DNA of 64,000 bases from Phyllosticta citribraziliensis (taxonomy: Eukaryota). Positions 34,419 through 46,289 of the stretch are shown piece by piece (within the stretch, counting starts at the first letter, position 1; every line of letters begins with the position of its first letter). The stretch is from positions 124,001-188,000 of the forward strand of contig NW_027117348.1 in the NCBI RefSeq assembly GCF_038025025.1. Reading direction: 5' to 3'. The notes beneath the pieces were generated by a model that was not told where the DNA came from, made no database searches, and saw only the letters and a program-made list of their open reading frames with translations. A program made the position numbers and the translations under genes.

Positions 34419-35654
34419 TCAGAGATCTCCTCGACGCCAAGAGGGATGGGTAACAGCCTGATCAAGACGTTCTGCCAGAAACTTGATGTTTTGTGGAGCG
34501 TTTCCGTTGACACGAACGGCACTGACAAGGGACTTCGCCGCGGTCTTGACTTCGGCCTGGCACTTCTCAGCGGCAGCCAGCTCGGTCTTGCGGACTTCGT
34601 TCTCTCCTTCAGCCCGCAGAAGCTCGTTGAAGTGCCGCCTGGCACTGCCGGAGTTGAGGCCCATGGCCTGCATGTCGCGTCGAAGGGAGTCGAGCTCACG
34701 GCGCTTGGAGTCGTTCTTGTCGTCGAGTGTGGCGACCTTCCTTTCCAGGGCAGCGATCTCGTCCTTGAGCTTCTCGATGCGGACGAAGTCTTCCGTGTCA
34801 TGCCAGACCTCGGGCCGTTTCGCGTTGTCCAAGTCCTTCTTCAGGCGGTCGGTTTCTTGCTGAAGCTTGCGCTTGTCCTCCCGCAACGAGGCGCATGTCC
34901 GGTCCTTCGCCTCTGACGACTTTTTGGAGATGTCCCGGGATTTTTCCAGCTTTTCCTTTGCTTCCTTCAGCTGGTCTCTCTCCCGTTCAAGGCGAATGAT
35001 CTCGAGAATGTGGATATGCTCGCGCTGCTTCAACTCCGTGACCTGGGTGGCGGCAGATCGGTCGGCAGAGCTAGGCGTTGACTTGGCTGCCTGCTTCAGC
35101 TGGATGACCTCCTGCTTGAGCGCTCGAATCTCGTTGGCAAGCCCGGAGTTGTTTTTCCCCTCTTGCCTCAGATGGGAGTTCTCGCTGCGAAGTTGCGACT
35201 GTTCTGCCTTGAGAGACTCGACTTCCTTGGCAAGCTTGGCCTCGGCTGGATTGTCACGCTTCAAGCGGAAATTCTCCGCGCGGACTCGGCGCTGGTCTGC
35301 CTTCAGCTTCTCAATCTGCTTGTGGAGGGCGTCGTTGGCCGCGAGGGTGTCGCTCAGGGTCGAGTTGGTCTGAGCGATCTCCGCCTCGAGAGACTCCATG
35401 CGCTTTTCTGGGTCTGTGGGTCGCCCATCCGAGTCGCACTCCGCCTCTGCATTTTCCTCCTCATCTTCCTCATCCTCCGCCGACTCGACCCAACGCGCGG
35501 TTGCTTGGTGGTTGGGGGTGTCCGGGCGGCGAGGAGTAGGCTTGGAGGCGGCTCTAGCAGCGGGAGAACCCGCACTGGTTTGACGAGGGACGCCAAACAG
35601 CCTCTCAGCGAGACCCTCGGCGATGGAGCGGTGTCTGCGAAGCGTGGGAGACAT
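34419..35654 (-). CDS. Hypothetical long coiled-coil protein
   Basis: ATG 35654 (MSPTLRRHRSIAEG) after a pyrimidine-rich leader; extensive heptad repeats. Confidence 0.8.
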   Translation of the reverse strand: MSPTLRRHRSIAEGLAERLFGVPRQTSAGSPAARAASKPTPRRPDTPNHQATARWVESAEDEEDEEENAEAECDSDGRPTDPEKRMESLEAEIAQTNSTLSDTLAANDALHKQIEKLKADQRRVRAENFRLKRDNPAEAKLAKEVESLKAEQSQLRSENSHLRQEGKNNSGLANEIRALKQEVIQLKQAAKSTPSSADRSAATQVTELKQREHIHILEIIRLERERDQLKEAKEKLEKSRDISKKSSEAKDRTCASLREDKRKLQQETDRLKKDLDNAKRPEVWHDTEDFVRIEKLKDEIAALERKVATLDDKNDSKRRELDSLRRDMQAMGLNSGSARRHFNELLRAEGENEVRKTELAAAEKCQAEVKTAAKSLVSAVRVNGNAPQNIKFLAERLDQAVTHPSWRRGDL

Positions 35655-36794
35655 CTTGTTGGTATAGCGTTGGGAAAACGTGAGAAGTTGGGATTTGGAG
35701 GGCGATGAAACGGGGAATGTGGCTGTCCGTAGAGCAAAGAGCAACAGAGGAGTATACGGTAGAGGTAAAAGAAAGCTGGTGAGCTGAAAGGTAGGCAGTT
35801 GGTTGGGTTGGGTTCCGAGACGAAAGTGGGGCGTGGTGGTCAAGAGAAGGGCGAGCATCAAGATGGATGTAAACAATGGTGGCCGCCGACATGGGCACAG
35901 ACCATTTGACGTGCCGCCTGGCGGGCAACAATCGAGGTCAAGATTAACACCAGAAGTGCTAAAATCCAGCTGTGATATTGACCCGCTGCAATGCCACACG
36001 CCATGGAGACTACTCGGCCTGCCATATCGACGCCTGCGCCATTCCACTTTGGCAACGCACCAAAGGAGCCCAAGTATCCCCCAAAGTAATGCTTCCCTTT
36101 CGTAGCCCCTGCATTGTTTCTGAAATAGTCACGAATATACGTTGTTCATGTACAGCATATACAAAGCAACGGTGTCTCTTTGACGGGCAAAGAGTCCTAC
36201 AAGCTGTTGCACGAGGGAAGAAAAAATGTTGGAACGGAATTTGCAAGAGAAAACTGCCCGGATGGAGCGCTGATATACGAACAAAGAAGTAAGAAGCCCA
36301 AAGGAAGACAAAGGGGTAAGAGGTTTCATGTCTAGTGAGTATTGGAACAAAGACTGGCCATCGCCGCAGTATTGCAATATTAAAGGTATCTGCAGACGAA
36401 AAAGCATGTGAATTGGGCCAGAAGATGCTACCTGGAGTTCCCTTTTTGTTCCTACCCCTTGGTCTGTCCAAGCAACTGCTGTCCCTGGCATGCTTCTCGT
36501 GTTACAGGCGTCGATGTCCGTAGCCGACTCTGTTGAGACCCGTCAGCTTTGCAGTCTGCAAGCAGATTAAGTGCTGATTGTTGGCACATACCTGGATATA
36601 GGTGACCGGGGAAAGAAGAAGAAGGCGTGAACACTTGTCAAGTGCAGAGCGCATAGCGCTGATGGCCCTTCGAAAGACATGTTAGCAAAGACTCATTGAA
36701 TACGGAGGGATTTGGCATTAGACGTACCTGTGCAAGATAGACAGAATGGGCGTCAACACAACCCAACCCCATGGCTCCGGACCAAGCAAGACGC

Positions 36795-37262
36795 TCAGCC
36801 GTCGCGCGGAAGACTGCGCACACGCTCCCTAAGACGCTCGCAGATCCTCCTGATCTCGAGAGGGAGCATGTTGGCGTGGCGCTCCAGGAAGCCGAGGACG
36901 TGCTCAAAGTCCGGGAGCATGTTCATCAAGGCGGCCTTGACGTCGAGGAGAGTCCTCCTTTGCCGCCTGTTCTTCTCGTCGAGCATGGCGATGGTGGCCT
37001 CTTGCTCCTTGAACTGCTTGACCGCCGCCGTCTTGCTGATGGTGAGCGAGCGGACGGTCTCCTCCAATGCGTACCGGTGGTGGCCAGCAAGCTCTGGGAT
37101 CCTCTCGGGGTTGGGAGGGACAGCGTGGCGGCGAGCTACGAGCTCGATCTGGGCTTGATCGCGCTCGTATTTGACTTGGCGAAGCTCGGCGCGCAGGCGA
37201 GAAGCCTCGTCCTCCGCTGTGATGCGCAGCTGTCTGTCTCGCTGCGCCGATGCTGCAGGCAT
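36795..37262 (-). CDS. Hypothetical coiled-coil protein (155 aa)
   Basis: ATG-started ORF with coding-like codon use; helical heptads. Confidence 0.7.
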   Translation of the reverse strand: MPAASAQRDRQLRITAEDEASRLRAELRQVKYERDQAQIELVARRHAVPPNPERIPELAGHHRYALEETVRSLTISKTAAVKQFKEQEATIAMLDEKNRRQRRTLLDVKAALMNMLPDFEHVLGFLERHANMLPLEIRRICERLRERVRSLPRDG

Positions 37263-37893
37263 GGTTCTGGTGGGCGTTGGTTGGAGGTGGCGGGAGAGGG
37301 GGCAGAAAAGGTCACTGGCGTGATCTGACGGTATCGTGAGCTTTTGAGGTCGTGAGAACGTGACTGAGAAATTTGATGAAGCTTGACTTACGAAAAGGTC
37401 TGGGACGGTGGTGGAGGTCGGTTGTGGTGTTAGTCAAGTTTTGCTGTCGACAGCAGCCGAAGCCCCAAAAGACCGCCAACAAACGTGACTAACCCAATTT
37501 GGACCGCCGACGACGCCAACCAGCGCCGAGCTAAGCCACGGGAAAGACCTAGATACAGCTTCCACACCATCCTGTAGCGTCTCTTTGGGTCTCGAAGGAC
37601 GGAGAAAGTCCAGTATATAATTCGATCTACGAAGCTGAAGACCAGCGCAAAACTACAGCTGGCATGGTAGCATCCGCGACAGAACGCTGGTGGAAAAGGA
37701 GCTTTTCATCAATATACGAGCGAGTTTCTATTGTCAAAAACGAAGGTAATAAAGATGAGTGTGAAAGAAAAGATTCGCGATTCAATGCAGGAAAGCTTCT
37801 CGGCCATTCATTAAAACGAGGACTGTCCAAGTGAGCCAGAACATATCCAAGTCTTGCCGGGGAACCCTTTTTAGTGTTCAGACCAACTCATCA

Positions 37894-38385
37894 ATGGAAA
37901 AGAAACCAGCGGAGAGAGCAGGCCTTAGTGATGAACCAGTAGTCGACACTTTCCGAGGGGTCGAAATATCCTCGAGGGACGGGAGGGATCTGCTCAAAGA
38001 AGTGTTAGCAAAGTCCGAAGAGTAGTCCAGCGGAAACCAGGGGATGATGGCCCAGTCCGAATTCCAGGCTGTCTTGATCGAGGAGTCGCTCGATGGGACA
38101 TCGACTCGCGATACACCACTCCCAGACTCAAGAACCTCTGGGACCATGCGAACGGGCGAAACGGACATGGTGAAGGAGTTGATACCTTCGGCCTACCCTC
38201 ACGCCACCGTGGCCACCATGTCTGGCGTGCTGAGTTGCAAGATCTTTCTCCCCCTGCGCCCGCACTTCCTGCGCTTCGCTCCCAAGTCAACTGAGTTCGG
38301 AATGAAGCCTGTCGACTTTGACCTTGAATCACCGGACGGTCGCTCGACCGTGGTCTTCGGCTTCGCCACCCATGTTGCTGGATGA
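37894..38385 (+). pseudogene. Coding-like frame interrupted by an in-frame TAG at 38023-38025
   Basis: ORFs 37831-38025 and 38044-38385 are in the same frame: MEKKPAERAG..LAKSEE*SSGNQGMMAQSEFQAVLIEE.. Confidence 0.35.
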
Positions 38386-39077
38386 GATTTGGGTCGACGT
38401 GGGCGACACGGGCTGCGAGACGGCGTGTTGGAATTCGACGCGGTCAAAGCAAGGCGGCTGGATCGCAGAATATATGGTTCGACGGCAGCGGTTTGATAAG
38501 GCATCCGAAGTTTGTCGAAAACAGTCGTAATGGGCTTGAATGAGGAAACGCGAAAGACAACGTGGCTGCTGGAAGAAACACGTGCGTCGATTTAGCCCAA
38601 ACGCTTTTCCAGCTACCCGCCAGAATCGTCCGAGTGACTGCTGCAGGATGTCAGTGTCGCTGCATCAACTTTTGTTTGCACAAAGCGAAGGGCGGTCCGT
38701 GGCCTCGTGTCGACAAACGGCGCGAAACCAAGGATGCAAGGAAGAGATTGAAGAAAGTCTTGTATTGATGCTGATAAGTCCTGCTTCTGTCCGAGTTTTC
38801 CGTGTTTTGCCTCCTTCATTCCGCCGCCTCAAGCTTCCCGAAGCGCAAAGTGTGTCCGTCCGATTGCAACCGCAAATCTGGAACGAATTGCGTCGGTGCA
38901 AATCAAAAGTAGTTGAGTAGCAACTTCACGTACCTCAAGACAGCAGACCAGCGCAGGACCAGGAAGTTTTCAAGCCGAGAGAGAGCGCTTCAAGTAGAGG
39001 TCAGCATTTCTTCTCAGCCATGTGGTGCGATGGAGAGCTTACCCAGGAAAGCAACGGTGGTGGCGACCTCAGAACGC

Positions 39078-39530
39078 TCAGTTCGCGCGTCTACCACGTT
39101 CCATGCTGGCGATGCCGCTGTCGATCTGGTCGGCAAGCCTCTGAGCATCATCGACCTTGTTGACCAGCTTCTTGACGTCGGGAATGAACGTGTCCATGTT
39201 GTGCTTGGCGATGTTGGCGATGTCGGTAAGCTCCTTGTTGCGCTCGCGAAGGTGCTCGATCTCCTTCTTATCCTTGGAAATCTGCTGGAGATCTCCCTGG
39301 AACCGGACCATAGTCTCCCTGGCCGGCTTGTTGGCCTGCTTGCGGAGAGTCTCGTTCTGCACCTTCAGCTGGTCGCGCTCGGCCCTGAGGTCCTTGATTT
39401 CGTGCTCCATGCGGTGCTTCTCCTTGAAGTGCTTAACCGCCTCGTCTTCGCAATCCTTCTTGCAGGCTTCGTACTTGCCCTTCAGCCAAGCATTCTCGGC
39501 CTGGAGCTCGGAGACGTTCATAGTAGGCAT
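39078..39530 (-). CDS. Hypothetical coiled-coil protein (~150 aa)
   Basis: MPTMNVSELQAENAWLKGKYEACKKDCEDEAVKHFKEKHRMEHEIKDLRAERDQLKVQNETLRK; GC3-rich. Confidence 0.75.
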   Translation of the reverse strand: MPTMNVSELQAENAWLKGKYEACKKDCEDEAVKHFKEKHRMEHEIKDLRAERDQLKVQNETLRKQANKPARETMVRFQGDLQQISKDKKEIEHLRERNKELTDIANIAKHNMDTFIPDVKKLVNKVDDAQRLADQIDSGIASMERGRRAN

Positions 39531-40441
39531 GGTGTTGGGTTCGAGAGTCGTAAGACGATTGGCGAAGAAGATTGAACGCGGCGAAGGCGCGGCGATTGAG
39601 ATGGTGCAAAGAAGGAAAGGCAGTGAGTGTTGGTTGGCTTTGATTGTTGTTCGAAGAATGGACCGATTCGGAGGATGAATTTTGTGGATGGAATAGGTCT
39701 TGGAGGATGGGCAAGATGCGGATGCGCGTCGTCGGTGGGCAAACAGTAGTGGCACGTGCACTGGTTATGGAAATGTCAACAAGACTCGCAAAATGACTCT
39801 GATTGGCCGAGATTCGCTGACCTCTTTTCTCCAGGTGAATCCTGTCGATGGGCCACATCTGCAGTTGCTTCACAGCTGGCCTTGAAAGCTTACAGTCACA
39901 GTGAGCTGGGAAGCAGCAACGATTAGGAAGAACGCATGAAAACTTGAATTGCATTAAACTAAGGAACGCTCAACCACTTCTCCAAGCCAGCGACGTCGAA
40001 GTTGTCCTTGTGGTCCTCCTGAAGCCCTTCCTACAAGACGACCTGCAATCCAAACCATCAGTAAGGGTTAGGAAGTCTGGACGAGCACGAGATGACATAC
40101 CTTTGTCGTGACTTGGCTGAGCCACAAGAAACGGAAATTGGTTGAGCGCAAATGGTCCTTGAATTGTTGGAAAAGACCGGATCCCCAGAATAGCATGTAA
40201 CGAACTACTGAATGATTCTCGTTAGCTTTTACATGGCCTCAAGATACTGGAAGCAGCGTTGAAAGTCTTACATATACAGCAGAAGGCCGCAGCTGATGGT
40301 CATCAGACCAAAGCGCTCACTCGACCTCCGATGGCGACCCTAGAAGAAGCTTGTTAGCAAAGCTCCAAGTCAAGGTCTAGGAGAGCACGGTCGGATTGAG
40401 GGAGCGGGAAGTGGACAGTGGGGAACGAACCTTGTCGTCCC

Positions 40442-40942
40442 TCAGTTGGCGTCAGGATCCGTGAACTCGTAGAGGTCGTCCTTGAGACGACCAGCGGCCT
40501 CGAGGGAGGAGGGAGGGGGGTCTTCGACATTGTAGACCACCTCAAGGAGCTCGAGGATGTCCTTGGCGATGGCGATCTGGGTGCGCTCGGCGTTGGTGAC
40601 CTTGATCTTGGGGATCTTGATCTGGTCGTGCTCCACCATCACCGCGTCGGATTCGAAGTGCTCGGCTTTGCTGGCCTTCTCCTTCTTCTTGCTTTCCGCC
40701 TTCTTCGCGGCCTCCTTGAGCTTCTCGGCCTCCGCCTTCAGCTTCTTGACCTCAGCCAGGGCCTTGTTGCGCTGGCTGCGGAGGCGGTCGATCTCGTCCT
40801 GGAAGGCCTTCCTCTCGGCAGTCTCGCGGTTCGTCCTGTCCGCCTTCCACGCCTTGCCCTTGGCCTCCCAGAGGGCCTTGTTCCTGGCGGCCTGGGCGGC
40901 CTCGACGCCGAGGGGCAGACTGAAGTTGGTGGAGGAAGACAT
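40442..40942 (-). CDS. Hypothetical coiled-coil protein, paralog A of a tandem pair
   Basis: MSSSTNFSLPLG..NKALWEAK..IAIAKDILELLEVVYNVEDPPPSSLEAAGRLKDDLYEFTDPDAN. Confidence 0.8.
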   Translation of the reverse strand: MSSSTNFSLPLGVEAAQAARNKALWEAKGKAWKADRTNRETAERKAFQDEIDRLRSQRNKALAEVKKLKAEAEKLKEAAKKAESKKKEKASKAEHFESDAVMVEHDQIKIPKIKVTNAERTQIAIAKDILELLEVVYNVEDPPPSSLEAAGRLKDDLYEFTDPDAN

Positions 40943-41554
40943 GTCGTCGGGATGTAAGCGGTGATTTGTGGAAGAAGTGTTTGGGATGATGGTTTTGAGA
41001 AGGTGGGAGAGAGAATTCGTCGGTGGCAAAGAGAAGTGGAGACGTTCAAGTTTTGTGGACGTGGTTGAGAAGACGAGAGGTGTTCAGGTGCAGGTTGCGG
41101 AGGGAAGAAACAGAAGCAAAGGTCACGACCGCAGCCAAAAGTCGGGCGGTACATCTCGGCGGCGCGCCGACGTGACCTTTGGCGAACGATGTCTTGGCAA
41201 CTGACGGCCGGCAGCAGAATTAAAGCATTTAACACGTCAAGTTTGAAAGTGTTAAAATTAGGGGGAACACATGAAGCTAGTGAATTTGTAGAGCTAAGTA
41301 GAACTCGATGTTGCAGCAGCACCATCCCAATCCAGCCCTTGATAGTCGAGATGTCCTTGCCATCCTCCTCATGCTTTTCCTACGAACCATGGATTGAAAC
41401 CCCAAGAAAGAACATCATCCCTGCCAGACGTGGTGTCGAAAGCTGTGTTCTCGGCGTCGAGTCGTGGTCGCAGCCCTGGCAGAAATGTATTAGCAAAACT
41501 TCAAGAGAAGATCGAGGGGAGCAGAAAGTGGACAGAAACGAACCTTGGTGTCGC

Positions 41555-42115
41555 TCAATGAGAGTCGGGGGCCGTGAAGTTGTGGATGTCTTTGCGAAGA
41601 CGGTCTGCAGCCTCAATGGTGGAGCGGGGTGGGTCATCGACGTTGTACACAACTTCAAGAAGCTCAATGATGTCTTTGGCAACGGCCAGGTTGCTGCGTT
41701 CTCCTTTGGCGGCTTGGGCGTGCTTGCTGACTTCCTTGCGGTCGACGAAGACGTCATCCTCCTCGAACAGTTCAGCCTGGCGAGCCTTGGTAGTCTGGAC
41801 CGCCTTCGGGTTCTTGTCGTTCTTGACCATGACCTCCGTGGTCTTGGAGTGCTTGGTCTTCTCAGCCTTGACGGCTTGGTTGTTGGGCTTCGAGAGCTCG
41901 ACCTGGTAGGCCAGCCTCTTGATCTCGCCGTGGGCGTAGTTGAGCTGACCACGAAGAAGCCTGATCTCAGCGTACAGCTCTTCTTTCTCGGGGTCGGCCC
42001 TGGCCCTGAGGTTCTCTGCAACGAAGACTTCGGACTTGGCCTTCCATAGGGCTTTGTTCTTCCTGGCCTCGTCGCTGTCCAGGTCCAAACCGGCAGGCGT
42101 CTTGTAGGAAGACAT
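41555..42115 (-). CDS. Hypothetical coiled-coil protein, paralog B of a tandem pair
   Basis: MSSYKTPAG..NKALWKAK..LAVAKDIIELLEVVYNVDDPPRSTIEAADRLRKDIHNFTAPDSH. Confidence 0.8.
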   Translation of the reverse strand: MSSYKTPAGLDLDSDEARKNKALWKAKSEVFVAENLRARADPEKEELYAEIRLLRGQLNYAHGEIKRLAYQVELSKPNNQAVKAEKTKHSKTTEVMVKNDKNPKAVQTTKARQAELFEEDDVFVDRKEVSKHAQAAKGERSNLAVAKDIIELLEVVYNVDDPPRSTIEAADRLRKDIHNFTAPDSH

Positions 42116-42872
42116 CTCGCGGGGATGAATGTGGTGATTTTCCGTTGAAAGGTTTGAAAGGTGGAATTGAGAAAGGAGGTTCGAGGAATCGTCGTTGGTG
42201 GAAGAGGAGACCGTGGGTGTAGACGATGAAGCGTTGGAGGGGTGGTTGTTGTGGAGCGAGGGAAAGGCCACGACGGCGGTCAAAGCCGGGCGGTAAACCT
42301 AGACGCCTACCGATGCGACACTTTGGTAGCAGTTATCTTGGAAGCCCAAAATTTCCAGGTGGGCCAGAGCATGTACTACGTCCAGCTTCAAAGTGTCAAA
42401 CTCGAAACGATGAAGCTTTGCCGCGGAAAAAATATACATCTTGGATTTTGATGACAGTGGGAGTCCCCTTAGCCGCTCCAGTATCAATTCAACGTGATTC
42501 TTACGATTCTATATCTGGGAGTTGATTGATTTGCTTGCTCATTGGCTGCTTTCAATATCTGGTGCGGCAAATGGAACTGTTTGTCAAGGCATTGACAGGG
42601 AATTTGGCTGACAGCTCACGTGTCCAGCAAGCCAGTGTCGCAAGTTGCCTGTCCGTTCATACCTTACAAGGAAGCCGTTTTCACTCATGAATCTGAATGA
42701 AATCAATCCCAATTACTCTCCACCGTCTATATGTACATGAAAACAAAATCTCCCGGCAAAACGAACCCCTGACTCCGAGCCGAAACACCACGAGTACCAA
42801 ACTCCAGGCAAAACCCACCAAGACTCCCTCCACAGACCACTCAACCTCAACAGACCAGACCCAAGCCTCGGA

Positions 42873-44315
42873 CTACTCCCCATCCTCCTCAGGCAGGGCG
42901 GGCAGCGGCTTGTCCAAGGCCGCGCTGCCGACGGACGACGACGACGTCTTGCGCAACGGCCAGTCGGCTGGCGCATCGTCGAAGGGGCTCGCGCAGTCAC
43001 CCGTGAGGGAAGCCGACTGCTGACGCTGTAGCGGCTTGACTGGCGAGGGGCCCATCGAGATGGCCAGTCCGACGGCCTCTCTCTCCGCCTCCACCACCTC
43101 GCTCTTCTCCTCCTCTCCGCTTCCTCCAACGGCCCCCTGTCTCTGCACCGCGAACGGACGAGAAAAGTTTCTGGACCCCTGGCGACGGATCCGGCAAGCA
43201 TTGGCAGCGGCAGACATGGCAATGGTGTCGGCGGCAGCAAACACACCAGCAGCGGGCGAGGGGCGGGCGGCGACGACGGGCTGGCCCAGGATGACCGGGC
43301 TGAGCGGCAGACGAGCAGGAATGCTGGCCCGGCGGGCGGCGCGAACGAGAGTCTCCGTGCTGGAGACGCGAGGGTGACGGATCACCGTCTCCGTGCTGGG
43401 AGAACGGGAGTGGGCGTCCAGGTCGGGCTGCTGCTGCTGCTGCTCCTGGCGGCCGCGGGTGCGAGGCAGGGCGAGGCCGGATCTGCCAAAGGGACCAACG
43501 GGGTCCAAGACGGGCGGGTCCTCCTCCTCCACCGCAGCGCGCACGCTCTCCAACTCCTCCTCCAGCGACGCGCGCACCCTCATCTCCTCGGGGTTCTCCG
43601 CCTTGTAGCCGGGCGGGAGCGGGAACTGTAGGAACCGCGCACTGGCGGTCGACGACGGCGCGGGCGAGACGGACCGGGAGGCTCCCAGCGACTGGCCGGC
43701 GGGCACGCTCACAGGGAGGTGCAACGATGAGGCCGTCGACCGGGAGCTCTCCTTGCGCAGGTCGGCGTGGGAGCGTGTCAACAGCCTCAGTGCCCGAAGG
43801 CCTCCTCCAACGCTGGTCATGACGCGGCGGCCACGACTCGTGGTGGCGTCGGTGGTGGTGGTGCTGGTGGTGGCGGCATCGGCGCGGGCCGCAGCGTGCT
43901 TCTCCCTGAGGAAGCCGAAGAGGCGCTTGGGCTGGGGAGGCGGAGGGAGGCTCTTGTCAAGGTTGACGCCGGAGTCCTGCGAGGCGCGCTTCTCGGGCGA
44001 CTTGTCCATGGACGGCAGCGCCGTCAGGGTTTGCTCGGGCGCGTGAAAGGCGGCGGGCTGGGAGGACTCGAAGCCCTCTTCGTCCGAAAAGTAATCTTCT
44101 TCTAGAGTCAATACACTTCAAACCAGTTCGTCATCTTTAAGGTGCTGACCGTCGTCATGGCCGCCTTGCTCCATATGCGTTTCCGCAGGGATGGGCAGGT
44201 CAGGCACGGGAGGAGCATCAAGGCCGGGCGCCTTTGGCGCGGGCTGCTTCGAAGGCGAGGGCGTGGCGGAGCGCGAGACGGGAAAGGAGCCGGGAATCTT
44301 CTCGTGGAAAGACAT
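42873..44315 (-). CDS. Hypothetical Ser/Pro/Ala-rich disordered protein, 2 exons
   Basis: MSFHEKIPGSFPVSRS.. + intron ~44149-44102 joining ORF 42873-44111; LDK-x-LP motif at two sites. Confidence 0.75.
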
Positions 44316-46289
44316 GGTGGTGAGAGGAAAAAGAGATGATGGGATGGTTGTTCGTGGAAAGCTGCGATGAAAATGGTGGTGGTGGTGACGGCGAGCTTGA
44401 CAGGAAAAAGATGATGGTGAGAAAGTAGAGAGTCGCAGATGGTAGACCAAAGGTAAACAAGACGAATTGGTAGACTTTAGTTGGTGGTGATGCTGTCTGT
44501 GCGGCAACGGTCAGCCGGACGGGGTCTGGCTTCGAGAGTTAACACCTCGACGCGCTGCCCCCAAACAATCCTCCCTGCTGTCACCATTCTACAACTTCGC
44601 TCCTGTTCTCTCCATTGTCCAACAGTTCCATAAAGCTGCACTCCACAAGCCCTGCCAATGGCGCCATGGCGACGCGTGGGCGAGCTAGCAAACAGTTCAA
44701 CGCCCCTCGTGCAGCCATCGAGCAGGAGAAGTACCATTATCCCCAGAGCCTCCCTAAGGATGTACAGATATCTCTAACAAACAGACAGGTACCAGGAGTA
44801 ACTTTCAGCGTCTCGAGGATGCTCCGCGGACAGAAGACATCAAACGACCGCATCGCAACCAGCCAAATCCGCAAATCGAGTCGGATGCGTCCCCGTCGAT
44901 GATCAACTTCTTTCTCGCTGCTGAAGTAACAGGCTACGAGTCAGCTTGCATATACAACGCGAAGAGACTGCAAGCAGTACACCGGGGGAGTATGGAAAAG
45001 CCGCAAGGCCAGGGAGGACCACCAACGACTGCGTCGAAAGGGCCGCCCGGCTCCTGTTCTGGCTCAAGGTCTTGCAGCCAGCTTTTATCCTTGTTGAATT
45101 CGGCAAACTGGACAACGAAGCAAGTGACAAGATCGACATGCGGAATGTTGCCCCTGCAGAAACCACGAAACCGTTTCCCCCGTCCCCCGTTCCCCGTTCA
45201 GACGGATTGCTAACATCTCGCAGAACAACCCTTTCTCTTCGTTTTCGACAAACATCCTATCTCCCTCTCTCGTCGACTTCCTTTTCACAAAGGCGTTGTC
45301 TGCATACAAAGCAATGATGTGTGGTTTGGTCGCTCGTCAGCCCTAGCGTCAGGGATCTATGCATCCGTGGGCCCCGGTCGCACGCGATGTCTGAGAGGGG
45401 AAGTTCGATCGACAGGCCCAACCACGCCATGCCGAACCTTGTTTCGACCCTTTGCAGGGGACGCTTGCAGAAACACCACCACAATTCAGCGTCCGATACT
45501 CCTCGGAGGCTTGGAAACGAAACGTGCCGCAAGGATGAGGAGGAAAGGGAGGAAAAAGCAGTTTCCACGGTCGACATTGCAGCGATCAGGCCGTTGCCTG
45601 TGCGACAAAAAGCAGGCTTGTGGCGGCAATGGACTGCTTCGTAGGAAACTGTTTCCATCGGGGGTTTGGACGACAAAAACGATGCATACAGGATATATTG
45701 ATCTTGCTGCCACTCGGACGCTATGCGCTACCTGTCAACGGTTCTCCGGGCCTCGCGGTGTCTGCCCCCTTGCTGTGGACCATTGGCGTCATTTGTACAT
45801 TCGAAACTTTGGATTCGTCCTTTTGGTAGCTAATTCGGATCTTTTCCATGACCGGGTCTATGGAAAATTGGACAGACAGTAGGCTGAATGCATAAAAGCA
45901 AGAGGACACTAGATCACTGCGCAAGAGGAAGACGCTCGATTGCCGGACTGGTAGGACATTTGCAACAACGCAATCCTCGAGATTCGCAAGCACTTGAGGC
46001 GAAGAAGTAGCGGTGAAGATATCCCAGTGTTACCAGTGATTTCAGGAGAATGGGCAGGCCAAGTCCAGTCAGTTTCCCTGTAATTGTCATCCCCAGATTC
46101 CTCTACTTCTTCTATCAGTATTTCTGCATCTGATGCGCCCGAGAATATCAGCAGGTATGCGTCAATTGTAACTTGGCCGATGGCACCAGCGCCTGTTCAA
46201 ATTCACTTCAACAGTGAGGCGTCTTCGGACCGCCTGCAAAGCAAAGAAAGATCCCAGGTAGCCCTTTTCCTCAATGTGAACCATATCAC

